From Balanoglossus misakiensis (taxonomy: Eukaryota > Animalia > Hemichordata), in contig CM082577.2 of the NCBI GenBank assembly GCA_040954595.2, positions 8,333,846-8,397,845 on the forward strand: a DNA stretch of 64,000 bases, given 5' to 3'. Under the pieces are notes generated by a model, which worked only from the letters and a program-made list of their open reading frames with translations, was not told the origin of the DNA and did not search any database. The translations under genes and the position numbers were made by a program. How positions within the stretch are numbered: the first letter of the stretch is position 1; each line of letters starts with the position of its first letter. Below are positions 1-9,528 of this stretch, one piece after another.

Positions 1-461
1 TAAGCTCGCAAGGTAGAGACACTTCTGGCGTGCAAAGGCAAATGACGCAATTGTATCAGTAGTTATTCGATTCCTCCCTGCATGCAGCTCCACAGTCGCT
101 TGTGGCATGTGCAGCCCCGATCCTCGCGCATCATCACAGATCAGCTGTGGCGGCTGAGATAGAGAACGACTAGTGCATGCCCCGAGTATGGAATTTTGCG
201 TAGTCATGGTCAGGTACTGTCTATTGAATAGGACTTGTTTGTGAATTGATCTATTGGTAAACATGGTAAGTTGGGCGTGTACCATTATGTTTTAGGGCCG
301 CCCACCTCTCCCCCAAGTAGCCCTGCCCCGTACTTGGTGAGAAGGCAGTGACTGTCATGCAAGAATGATGTACATGTATTATAAAAGACTATTCTATTGA
401 GAAATGAGAATGTAAAAATTTTCTAGACTATTGTCAAAACATTGTTCTATTGCGTTGACAG

Positions 462-2970
462 GCCCTGTCAGACCAATACTTGCTGTCAGTTATATTTTGA
501 AGCAAGAATTCCACTCCAAACCAGCCACTTTCACACAGGTCGACATGAAAATCCGTCTGCTTCCAGCTCTTGATGATAACTACATGTACCTACTGGTTGA
601 TGAAAAGACTAAGAACGCTGCTATTGTTGATCCCGTGGAACCAGAAAAGGTAAGAGGTCATAGGTAAAAGGTCATCGAAGGTCAACCAAATGAACACCTT
701 TCCAAAGAGTTTTCATGCTATCAGAGGCATGGATTCTGGTTTTGGGAGCAGGCACAAAGTGGTGATGGTCTGAAATATATTTTGTGGGAATGAGGAGTAA
801 TATTGTTGTTACTCTCCTGAGATATGTTCACAAAATTAGAAAGATTATTGGCTGTTTCTAAGGTATGAAAGGTATTATCAAACGTTTTCTTGATGGTACA
901 GGTTGTTAATGCAGTGAAAGAAGAAGGTGTTACCTTGACAACTGTGCTAACAACACACCACCATTGGTAAGTAACCATGACAATAATTTTTCCTAATATT
1001 GGGATCATAAGATGGCTATGATCAACTGTCAAGTGACGACTGGTTTGTTTCACATGAATAAAATCTACAAACTCTCGTTTTGTGTTGGCCATCTCTAGAA
1101 AAAGAAGTATATAGGTAAAACTAAATTCAGTACAATTAGCTGCACAAATATGTCCTATTGCCAGTACATTTACTTTGACATATGATGAAATACTATTTGA
1201 GTACTTGTAACTTAACTGTTATATTTTTTGTTCTAATCAGGGATCATGCTGGTGGTAATGAGAAGCTTGTTACCATGGTGAAGGATCTAAAAGTTTATGG
1301 AGGTGATGACAGGATCGGTGCTTTGAACAACAAAGTAAACCATGGCGATGAGTTCAAGGTGTGGTTCTTTGTAAGGATTTCCCATAATGCAACTGTCTTC
1401 AGTGGTCACATGATATGCTTGATTCAAACTTTCGGTGATTTTTCAACCAACAAGTATAAAGCCTGTTTGTTGTTCTTTTGTCTGACAACAAATGAAGTAT
1501 GTGTATAAATGTGAGGGTTTTTTTCTAGATTGGTGATCTGAATGTGAAGTGCTTATCAACTCCATGCCACACGTCAGGACACATTTGTTACTTCGTGACT
1601 GGTGACCCCGATCAAGATCCGCTGGTCTTTACAGGTAGGTACTTTGAAACTTGCCACTGAGATAAGGCTAACCAAACACAACCTGTCTATGAATTTATAC
1701 ATTACACACTTGGCAACGTCCATATTCAGGAAATGTACACTCTGTACCAGAAACCCATATTTCTATGAAATTTTGGTTGGTCATATACCCTTTGTTGGAA
1801 AAGGACACAACAAACTACTGCAAAACAGCATTCAACAAAAGGTTGTAGTGTACAGCCCCGGCTTAACTGCCATAGGTATGAAATTCTTGTGTGTTAAGAA
1901 TTATTGTGATGTGGTTGTTTATTTCAGGCGATACACTGTTTGTTGGTGGATGTGGTAAATTCTTTGAGGGAACTCCACAGCAGATGTACAAGGCTCTAGT
2001 GGAAGTATTGAGTAATCTTCCACAAAACACAGTAAGTTTACCATCATAATATTTGTGTTTGATTTTCTGCAGATTTTCTATGGTAATACATCATATCTGA
2101 CGTGCGTAAATTTAACTCCATGTGTTATACTGATGTCAGTCTGAATCTGTGTTTGCATTCTTTCAATTCTTCAGAAAGTATATTGTGGCCATGAGTACAC
2201 TGTAAACAACTTGCGTTATGCAGAACATGTGGAACCTGACAATAGTGCCATCAGGGACAAAATGGCATGGGCAAAGGTTTGTGTGCTGGTTGTTACTGAT
2301 CTCTTCTAACTCATGAGGGCGCTCTTCTCACTCCTCTCAAAGAATTGACTGGGGGAACCCTTGGAACATTAACCTGGGTACTGCCTTTAACAAACAAATG
2401 ATTATTGGTACCACCATGGTAATCTCAGTAATAATCTACTCCCAAATGTCTTTTTTTTCCCCTGCAGAGTAAGAGATCACAAAATGAGGCAACAATTCCA
2501 TCCACCATTGGTGATGAACTGACGTACAATCCATTCATGCGAGTCAAGTAAGTTCTGATCAATTTCATGGGAGTGTAGAGTGTGTTGGCAGAACTTGATG
2601 CTGCTGCAGTTGTGTATTATAGTCTCTGTATAATTTGGATGTGTATATCTACTGGTCACTGTTTTGTGCAACTGAAATAAATAAAAAAGCCCAACAACTT
2701 AGAATTGATGTATTGCTGATAATCCCAATGTACACAATATGCATCCTTTTCATGATGACCGTGTGAGGGCGCTAGACATGAAAAGGGTTCATATGTTAAT
2801 CTTGATTGTACCAACTTGGCTATGAAACAAAGTACATTGTACTTTTAATGCATTTATTATTTATTTGTTTCAGAGAGGCATCGGTACAGAAGCATGTAGG
2901 GCAGCACGATGCCATAGCCACCATGGGAGAGCTGAGAAAAGAGAAAGACAATTTCAAAGCCAAAGTGTGA
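462..2970 (+). CDS. HAGH: Hydroxyacylglutathione hydrolase (glyoxalase II); 8 exons seen, first (transit-peptide) exon unresolved
   Basis: In-phase GT-AG exons 462-649, 902-966, 1241-1358, 1529-1634, 1928-2031, 2175-2276, 2468-2547, 2874-2970. From ATG 545 they give 258 aa: [17 protein letters not shown], metallo-beta-lactamase motif [47 protein letters not shown], ending [14 protein letters not shown] signals at about 3292 and 3383. Confidence 0.96.
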
Positions 2971-3427
2971 AGATTTGAAAACAAATCAGCTAATTTTTGT
3001 AGTCTTGAAAAGGTGGCATGGATTTGTAAGTCCATTGGAAAGAAGTCGCGCATCAGATCTAAACCACACACAAAAATTCTGCTTATAATTTTAATTGAAT
3101 ATGGTACAGCATCAATTGTTGTCCAGCTTATTCTGACAATGGTATATAAAATTGTATGCCAGGGTAATCAAGCCTCAAATTGAGAAAATTAGTATTTAAG
3201 GATATTTTTGTCTTTTCTCACTTTCTTCCCCAATTCCCCAAGGTTTTTTTTTCCTTTTAAAGTATCTTACACGATGAATTTTACTGCTGTGAATAAAAAT
3301 AACAAGAAAGGGCTTGTAATGACTTTTTCAAAATCTTACTGAAGTTAAATCCAACTTTCAAGAATATACATTGGAATGAAAGAATAAAATTGGGTTTTAC
3401 AAAGAAGCTTGTCTATCTGGTATATTT

Positions 3428-3740
3428 TCATGGTTTAATTCGCTTCTCGAAAAGTTCATTGTAGAAAGGCAATGCATCTTTAATACGCGCCTGGCCTTCT
3501 TGTGGAAGCCGAGTGATGTCCAGTGGTTGGTCTTGATCTTGCAGTGGTTTAAAGCGACATGCAGCTGGACGCAGCACTGGCAAAACAGACATCATGGAGG
3601 ACTTGATGTTTCCACATCGCATGCCAGTGGTAAATATTGTCGGCTTTCCAGTTCAGGTAGCTGTCATCATACGGAATTTCAGCCGCGTCGCAAAATTTCC
3701 GGATTATTTGTTCTGGGTAGTGGGATAGATCGTAGGCAAA
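3428..3740 (-). pseudogene. C-terminal fragment of a P-loop sulfotransferase-fold protein (family often annotated 'BCAT-like/sulfotransferase family'), 5'-truncated and frameshifted
   Basis: Two overlapping minus-strand ORFs join into AYDLSHYPEQIIRKFCDAAEIPYDDSYLNW...HWHAMW...ASAASS / RFKP...LPQEGQARIKDALPFYNELFEKRIKP*, with a frameshift near 3550-3560. This fits the family pattern as I recall it (DAxDLxxxPE..RxxCxxxxIPxxxxxLxW...PxYxxLxxxRIxP). No N-terminal half and no splice acceptor upstream. Confidence 0.6.
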
Positions 3741-4168
3741 AAGACGCGTCACGAAGATAGAAAATGACTCTAGAATCCAAGGTGTTGATATCCAGCGCAC
3801 TGACTACGAATCCGGACGTCTAAACGGGCTGATTGTGCAGTACAGTGACTGTGTCAACGTAGGTCAAGACCGAAAACCCCGTCTTGCAGTACGCAACGGT
3901 ATCGATATCTACCTCCAATGGCCATGTATAACGAAAAACGGGAAATCAAGTCTTATCAAAAGACACACTGTGATTGGCTTATTGAAACACTTTTATTAAC
4001 TCATTGCATTGATACACATTTTTAAAAATACTAAAGTTTTTGTACCAGATACATTTTTCAGAAACTAGACAATTAACCCTACATCTGCCACTAATGGCGG
4101 TACCGCCTTGGCACAGAGGAATGATCCGATCTAGTCTTTTCACGTTTGTTTCCATAGTGATTAAATTC

Positions 4169-5449
4169 TTACTTCTTCCTATTGTCTTCAAGAAAGTTAG
4201 TCGGGGCATATTCTATAGGTAATGATGGCTGTGCGTTCAGTTTCATTGCCATGGCGACAGTTTTGACATAAATGTCTAAGTATTCCTTCATTTCCGCGGT
4301 GAAAGGATCAAAACTGAGTTCTTCCATTTTGTTTCTGTGTGGTCTTTTAAATGGCCCATCGGCATCCTCTGCCAAACACAATAATCGATTCTTATCAACC
4401 GTCAGGTTCATGAAATTCATCATTTTCACAATTTCCCCTTCAACGTCGGCCACAAAGTCTTCATAGTAGATTACAATCACTCGTCGACTGTATTGCAACC
4501 AGTTTATGGCGGTATTCGTCCATGTTCTTGATTTTCCCATGACGAACTCCTCCCATTCAGTGCCACCTGTGTATCGTTTAGGAGCAGCGTAACCGGTGTG
4601 GCCGCCGAACTTTCTGTTGTGTTCTGAAATTATCGCTTTGTAGGGATTTCGAACCACCAAAATGGCTGCGTCAAATTTCTCAATGTGTTCTCGATCGAAC
4701 TGGTGCGTTTTCACAAGAAGGGTTCTGCCGTTTTCGTACTTCTCCAATTCGCCCAGGAATCCATGTCTGAAAAGTTCGTGGTCGTCATAGATACTGCCCG
4801 TGTATATTCCCGTCACCTTCTCCAGGAGGTATCTGAACCACGTATTCCCGGATCCCGGGAAACTGGCCAGTGCTATGAGGGGCCTGGAATTGGTCGCTCG
4901 GAATGAAATCTCCATGCATCTTCTGTCCTGCACCGATGTCCTATAGACCGAATAATGTCGCAAACCTCCGCACGATGCGTCGTCGTCATCCGCGCACCTG
5001 AGATTGCACATTTTGTCGTCTGCGAGTTCTTTCACTGTGAAGTTCACATTTCTGTGTCCGCAGTAGCAGTTTGATGCACCTGTGATCGCAGCTAAAGTAA
5101 ATTTGCTCTTGGTGCAATTTTGAATACAGCTCTTCGCTGTGAAATTGGTCACTTTTTCGTAGCGATCTCCCGGTAAAGAGGCCCGGATGTTCCCAGCAAA
5201 CTTGACGCATCCTATGTACTTAACCTTGGGCAGTGTCTGACCGTTGACTTGGTCGCCGTTATTTGCTCTGCCCATAATACTTGAAAATAAACCAGCTTGC
5301 GGTTGTCTACGTGAAAATTTCCCTCTGGTGATGTGATACCCAGTCCGTGAGGTTTCTCGCTCTTCATGAGACAAAACCACAACCATGGTGACGATGTACA
5401 CACACGCAAATACCACCAGTGCCAGTTGAATGTTTCGTCGTCGCCCCAT
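4169..5449 (-). CDS. WSCD1/2: WSC domain-containing sulfotransferase (WSCD1/WSCD2-like, sialate O-sulfotransferase family), single coding exon, 426 aa
   Basis: Type II signal-anchor IQLALVVFACVYIVTMVVVL; one WSC domain (YIGCV...CIQNC...CYCG...CNLRCADDDDASCGG...SVY); PAPS-binding motif LASFPGSGNTWFRYLLE; LVKTH; RNPYKAIISE. Minus-strand AATAAA at 3997-3992. Confidence 0.93.
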   Translation of the reverse strand: MGRRRNIQLALVVFACVYIVTMVVVLSHEERETSRTGYHITRGKFSRRQPQAGLFSSIMGRANNGDQVNGQTLPKVKYIGCVKFAGNIRASLPGDRYEKVTNFTAKSCIQNCTKSKFTLAAITGASNCYCGHRNVNFTVKELADDKMCNLRCADDDDASCGGLRHYSVYRTSVQDRRCMEISFRATNSRPLIALASFPGSGNTWFRYLLEKVTGIYTGSIYDDHELFRHGFLGELEKYENGRTLLVKTHQFDREHIEKFDAAILVVRNPYKAIISEHNRKFGGHTGYAAPKRYTGGTEWEEFVMGKSRTWTNTAINWLQYSRRVIVIYYEDFVADVEGEIVKMMNFMNLTVDKNRLLCLAEDADGPFKRPHRNKMEELSFDPFTAEMKEYLDIYVKTVAMAMKLNAQPSLPIEYAPTNFLEDNRKK

Positions 5450-6749
5450 CGTTCAAAATCCAGTCAAAGGACAACAGCTCACCGATTAAGATGGGTATAA
5501 ATGCGGTCTCCCTCTGAATATATACCTGTCCAGTCGATCACGTCGTGGCTTGATCAGAAATTAAAAATAAACTCAATGGAACATTGAAATGCCTTGTTAT
5601 TCCCGGACGACCAGAAGAGGTGTACCAATTGCGCGCGGCGACGTCGAATCGACACCATTTAGGGAAGGAGTCGATGAATCGAGAACACTGTTCATTCGGG
5701 CTATTCGTCTCGACAGCCGTCAATTTGCACTTGATTGTCCATTCATGGCTGAAGAAACGCAGTTTGGTGTCATTTCCCGAATCACCAAAGCGACCGGTGG
5801 TTGTCCCACCAAACCCAGTAGGCCTACGGACTGTTCAACACACAGACTTTTGTGGTTATCTTACACATATGTCATTACACTATGTTTTAATTTTAACCGT
5901 CCGTTTATATTTGATTGGAAGGCAAATAAGACGGTGGTGGTGGCGATAGCACAGGGTGATTACTTCATACTTAATAAATAAACCGCTTAAACCGACTCGC
6001 AACTTTAAAATAAGAGTCGCTTGCACACGTGCAATGATTAGGACGCCCTTTTTTGGATTATAAAAGTTGGTAAACATTTCTTATCAGCGACTCAAATAGT
6101 TTTGCATTCACATGTGTATAAAAGGGACGGGATCACCGCACTCGGACATTTATGCAAATTAGGTTCAAATAGGCTTCATGGTGCGATTGAAAATCAAGGA
6201 CACATTTCGCCACTTGTCCCATTTGTTGTTCCACATCAAATAAATGGAAGATCCGAGAAAATCCACACTTTTCCAGTTTTTGTACAGTCATCCTATAAGT
6301 ATAAGCGCTTCTACGGTACCGCCTGTGAGTCTTACAGCTTTGAAACCAGTGCGTAATATACTAGTAGCATGACTCCATGCTAGTAGTAAAAGCATACCGG
6401 GATGTGGCTTTGAGTTGGTCCCTTGGGACAAAGACGTTTTTAATTTATTCACGCACAGGGATGTATTTTTAGCCAGACAATGGCAAGACCTAGTTGCCTA
6501 GCAATTATCACCGTGAACTTTGCTACAAGTTTCACTACCACTTCCACTGGGCGTCTCAATTTTTTCAGCAGAGCCCCAGCTGCAGTAAGTTCCGACTACC
6601 TCAAGGCTTTGCCTGTAGGTTTTGGGGCTCCTCATTTTACTGATGACCATCAGCAACAAGGCAAATTGACCGTTGACTAAGCAAGGTGCTAAACATCGCT
6701 CTTTTCAGAGGGGTAATTTTACATGCAAGCTCATTAGAAACTGCCACTT

Positions 6750-6990
6750 GTATCCCCTCAAACCGCGTCGGAAGAGTGCGTTTAGATCGGCGTTTAGTGC
6801 GGTGTTTCTGTTCACACGTGATTTGAATCGCTGTTTAGTGCGGCGCCCCGACCCAGGTCCCACCCCTCAACACCGTCACAAAAAAAGAGCGCCGCAGGGC
6901 CGCTCTCACCTTTTCACACGTGGCACTTACAAATTAACGCCGCCCTAGCGCCGCCGCTGGGGCGGCGTTGACGGCACGTGAGAAAAGGGT
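6750..6990. mobile_element. GC-rich MITE/non-autonomous DNA transposon-like remnant with nested inverted repeats
   Basis: CCTTTTCACACGTG (6909-6922) pairs with CACGTGAGAAAAGG (6975-6988) with one mismatch. Inside, AACGCCGCCCTAGCG pairs with CGCTGGGGCGGCGTT (6936-6969). TTCACACGTG and GTTTAGTGCGG subrepeats occur in 6790-6850. No clear target-site duplication. Confidence 0.45.
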
Positions 6991-7888
6991 TCATGTTTGT
7001 ATTTTGGGTATCAGTAATTAATATTAAGTCGCGTCACACTATTCATAGTAATTTATAAGAACTTAAATATCCATAAGGCATTTATACGTGCGTTTTGTGG
7101 TTAAAAGTCTTTGTATTGGACAGAGCAACAGGTGTTATTAAACAAGGGGACAAAGGTTAAAGACCGATTTTATCTCCTATCTATCGTTTGTCTGTGATAT
7201 TAGACTGGGCAGTGTTTGATATCCAACCAAACCTATCTTACGCACACGGCTGGAGGGAAATCCTGTAAATGAATAAAAAATAAACAGCCAGAACGCTGTA
7301 TAAATTCTAGTCTGAAACTGATGATTACTAAATCTTTATTTCTACGCGGAACACAGTTATAGGCCTAACGACAATTTAGGTATAATCGACAAATTGAAAA
7401 TTGGCTCTATAGGCCTAACCATCGTGAATCGTTGAATTGCGGTATCTGGTACGTGATTCTTGAATTAGGCTTTTAGGTTTTTTTTCGTCTCTCAATTTTG
7501 CTCATTAGCTTTTGTAGGTTTGTTTGCCTTGGGTGAGTTTCAGCGGCGACTAAGACTAACACGTTCACTCCTCAAATGCAATGGACAGGTAAACCGAATT
7601 CGGGCAAGTCTGGGTTGGCAAGTTAAAATAACGGATAGGCCTATGTGCGATCAAAATCGGGCGACACTAGAGCCAAATGTCTACATTTTATCCGAATTTA
7701 CCACATGTCAAAAAGGAGACCGGGCGGGGGTTTAAAACCGCGGTACACGCGTGTGTGTACAAACTGTATCTCCAACATCAGACAGTGCCCAAGGCACGGG
7801 TACTGGATGGGTGTACCCTGTCCGGGTCCAGCTGCACCTTTGGATTTGCGCCACCTACGACAAGCACTGGAGATATTTATCTGACAAA

Positions 7889-8699
7889 ATGGCGACTGTT
7901 GGTATGTTGTTACAGAGAAGCGTACGACTTGTACCCAAATTTGTGCGCCATCGAAAGGTATTTATCATCCATAGTGCATAAGATATTGTATATTTGAACT
8001 CATGTTGCGTATAGAGAAAGGAAATTACGTTAGAAGATGTAAAAATAAGCCACAAATCCGTGTGTTAATTACCGTTCTGGGGCTATGGCCGGTGTCAATC
8101 ATGATGAGTGCGGAAGTTGCCTATTTCCCGAATTGGTTGGACTCGAATCAAGAGAGACGTGTGTCATGTCGTGACACAGGGTACTTACTAGTTGCTCTAG
8201 TTGCACTGTTGATGTGTCTTTGATGTACATTTGGCTCAGTACTTGCCTGTTCGTCTCTACCGGCCCCTTGAAACCAGTCCAAACTTTCGGGTCAGTGGGC
8301 GTTGGCTGGCTGCAGTATCCACTGGTCCCCAAAACAATAATCAGCCGAGTTATGTTGATTTGAGGGTCTGTGTTTTCCTTAGGGGTTGGACGACAAAACT
8401 TTATCGTTTGTTACTGATTTTTACTGTATTTTGATTTCGACAACATATTGCTGCAACAGTGCATATACATATTATGGTGTGTTTGTTTTTTTCTTCAGGT
8501 ACAACAGATGTTTGTACGACATGAGACAAACACACCAACAGGTGCCATGCTTGGCAACCCAGTCAAGAACCGATTTGGTCTCTCCAAGGTGGTTATTGTC
8601 ATTGTACCCACTATGTACATTGGCGCCACCATGAGTAAGGAAGGAGCTGCGTTCCTTGAAGAAAACGACATTTTTGTTCCGGAAGACGATGATGATTGA
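7889..8699 (+). CDS. SMDT1: Essential MCU regulator, mitochondrial (EMRE), 89 aa, 2 coding exons
   Basis: Exon 7889-7957 (MATVGMLLQRSVRLVPKFVRHRK, Arg-rich transit peptide, AAG|gtattt) plus exon 8499-8699 (ttcttcag|VQQMFVR...TPTGAMLGNPVKNRFGLSKVVIVIVPTMYIGATMSKEGAAFLEENDIFVPEDDDD*). One TM helix and the diagnostic LEENDIFVP + acidic tail. Confidence 0.95.
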
Positions 8700-9444
8700 T
8701 CCATGAAAGGTATGATTTTCATACTGGGCTGTGCTGCCAAAGTTCAAAACATCAACTTATTTTATACTCCAAACATTGATCATCCGGACAGTACATACCT
8801 GTACACCTTTCCATGGTTACTTATTCAAGGTGTCGTGTTCAGTGAAACATGATCAGAAACTGGGTGTCACAACTCTGGTTACCATGGCAACACAATTCTT
8901 GCTGTAGTCTAGACCAACTACATTTAATCCTGTGTTATGAATCTCATGTGCATGGCACGAATTGAAAGAGGGAGAGAGAGTAAGTACTAGTATATACATG
9001 TATACCCCTTTCCGACACAAAACGGAATCCATTGCCTTGTTTTTTTTTTACACCTGTGACATCTTTTACTGTTTTCTTTCGACAGAATCAGCCATGTTAA
9101 TCAAAGAATTGGTTTCTCAACGAAGTACAAAAAGAAGTTCACTGTCGGACAAGACTGCATTTTAGTAGACTGATACAACACACGATTTTAGCTGATTGAA
9201 GAAAGCACTTGACTATTTTGATGACATTCTCACGGACTGCTTTGTCAGTACAGTCAGTTGAACCTGTGCCTCCACTGCTAAACCAAATTTTCAGTCTCTT
9301 AATAATTCAGTGAGTTTGAGGATCCTTCTATAGCCAGTTTTATATTTATAATTGTATGTGAAAAAGAAATTGGTATCTCATACCCACAAGGAATCCTTGC
9401 CAGTTAGCTTGCTATATATTGGCAGAGAGGGTGCAGAACAACAT

Positions 9445-9528
9445 TGACTTGAGGGGTCAACTACACAGGCAGCACTCCCACAATACTGACTTGAGGGGTC
9501 AACTAAAACAGGCACCCCTATACTGACT
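9445..9528. repeat. Short tandem duplication, about 42-bp unit, 2 copies plus a partial third
   Basis: TGACTTGAGGGGTCAACTA at 9445 and 9487, then a partial ATACTGACT near 9520. Confidence 0.8.

Noticed and set aside
3545-3560. Programmed +1 frameshift at CTT-TAA (RF2-like) in the sulfotransferase fragment
   Set aside because: The gene lacks its N-terminal half, and the motif arises automatically from the original TTT-AAA (Phe-Lys) codons; a disabling indel is simpler.
5538-5981. Overlapping 121-130 aa ORFs upstream of WSCD
   Set aside because: No recognisable motifs; they lie in the CpG-rich 5' UTR/promoter region of the minus-strand gene.
8878-8891. Perfect RFX X-box GTTACCATGGCAAC, with variants near 13030, 14770, 36257 and 44745
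   Set aside because: Such words are scattered through UTRs and introns here with no positional logic.
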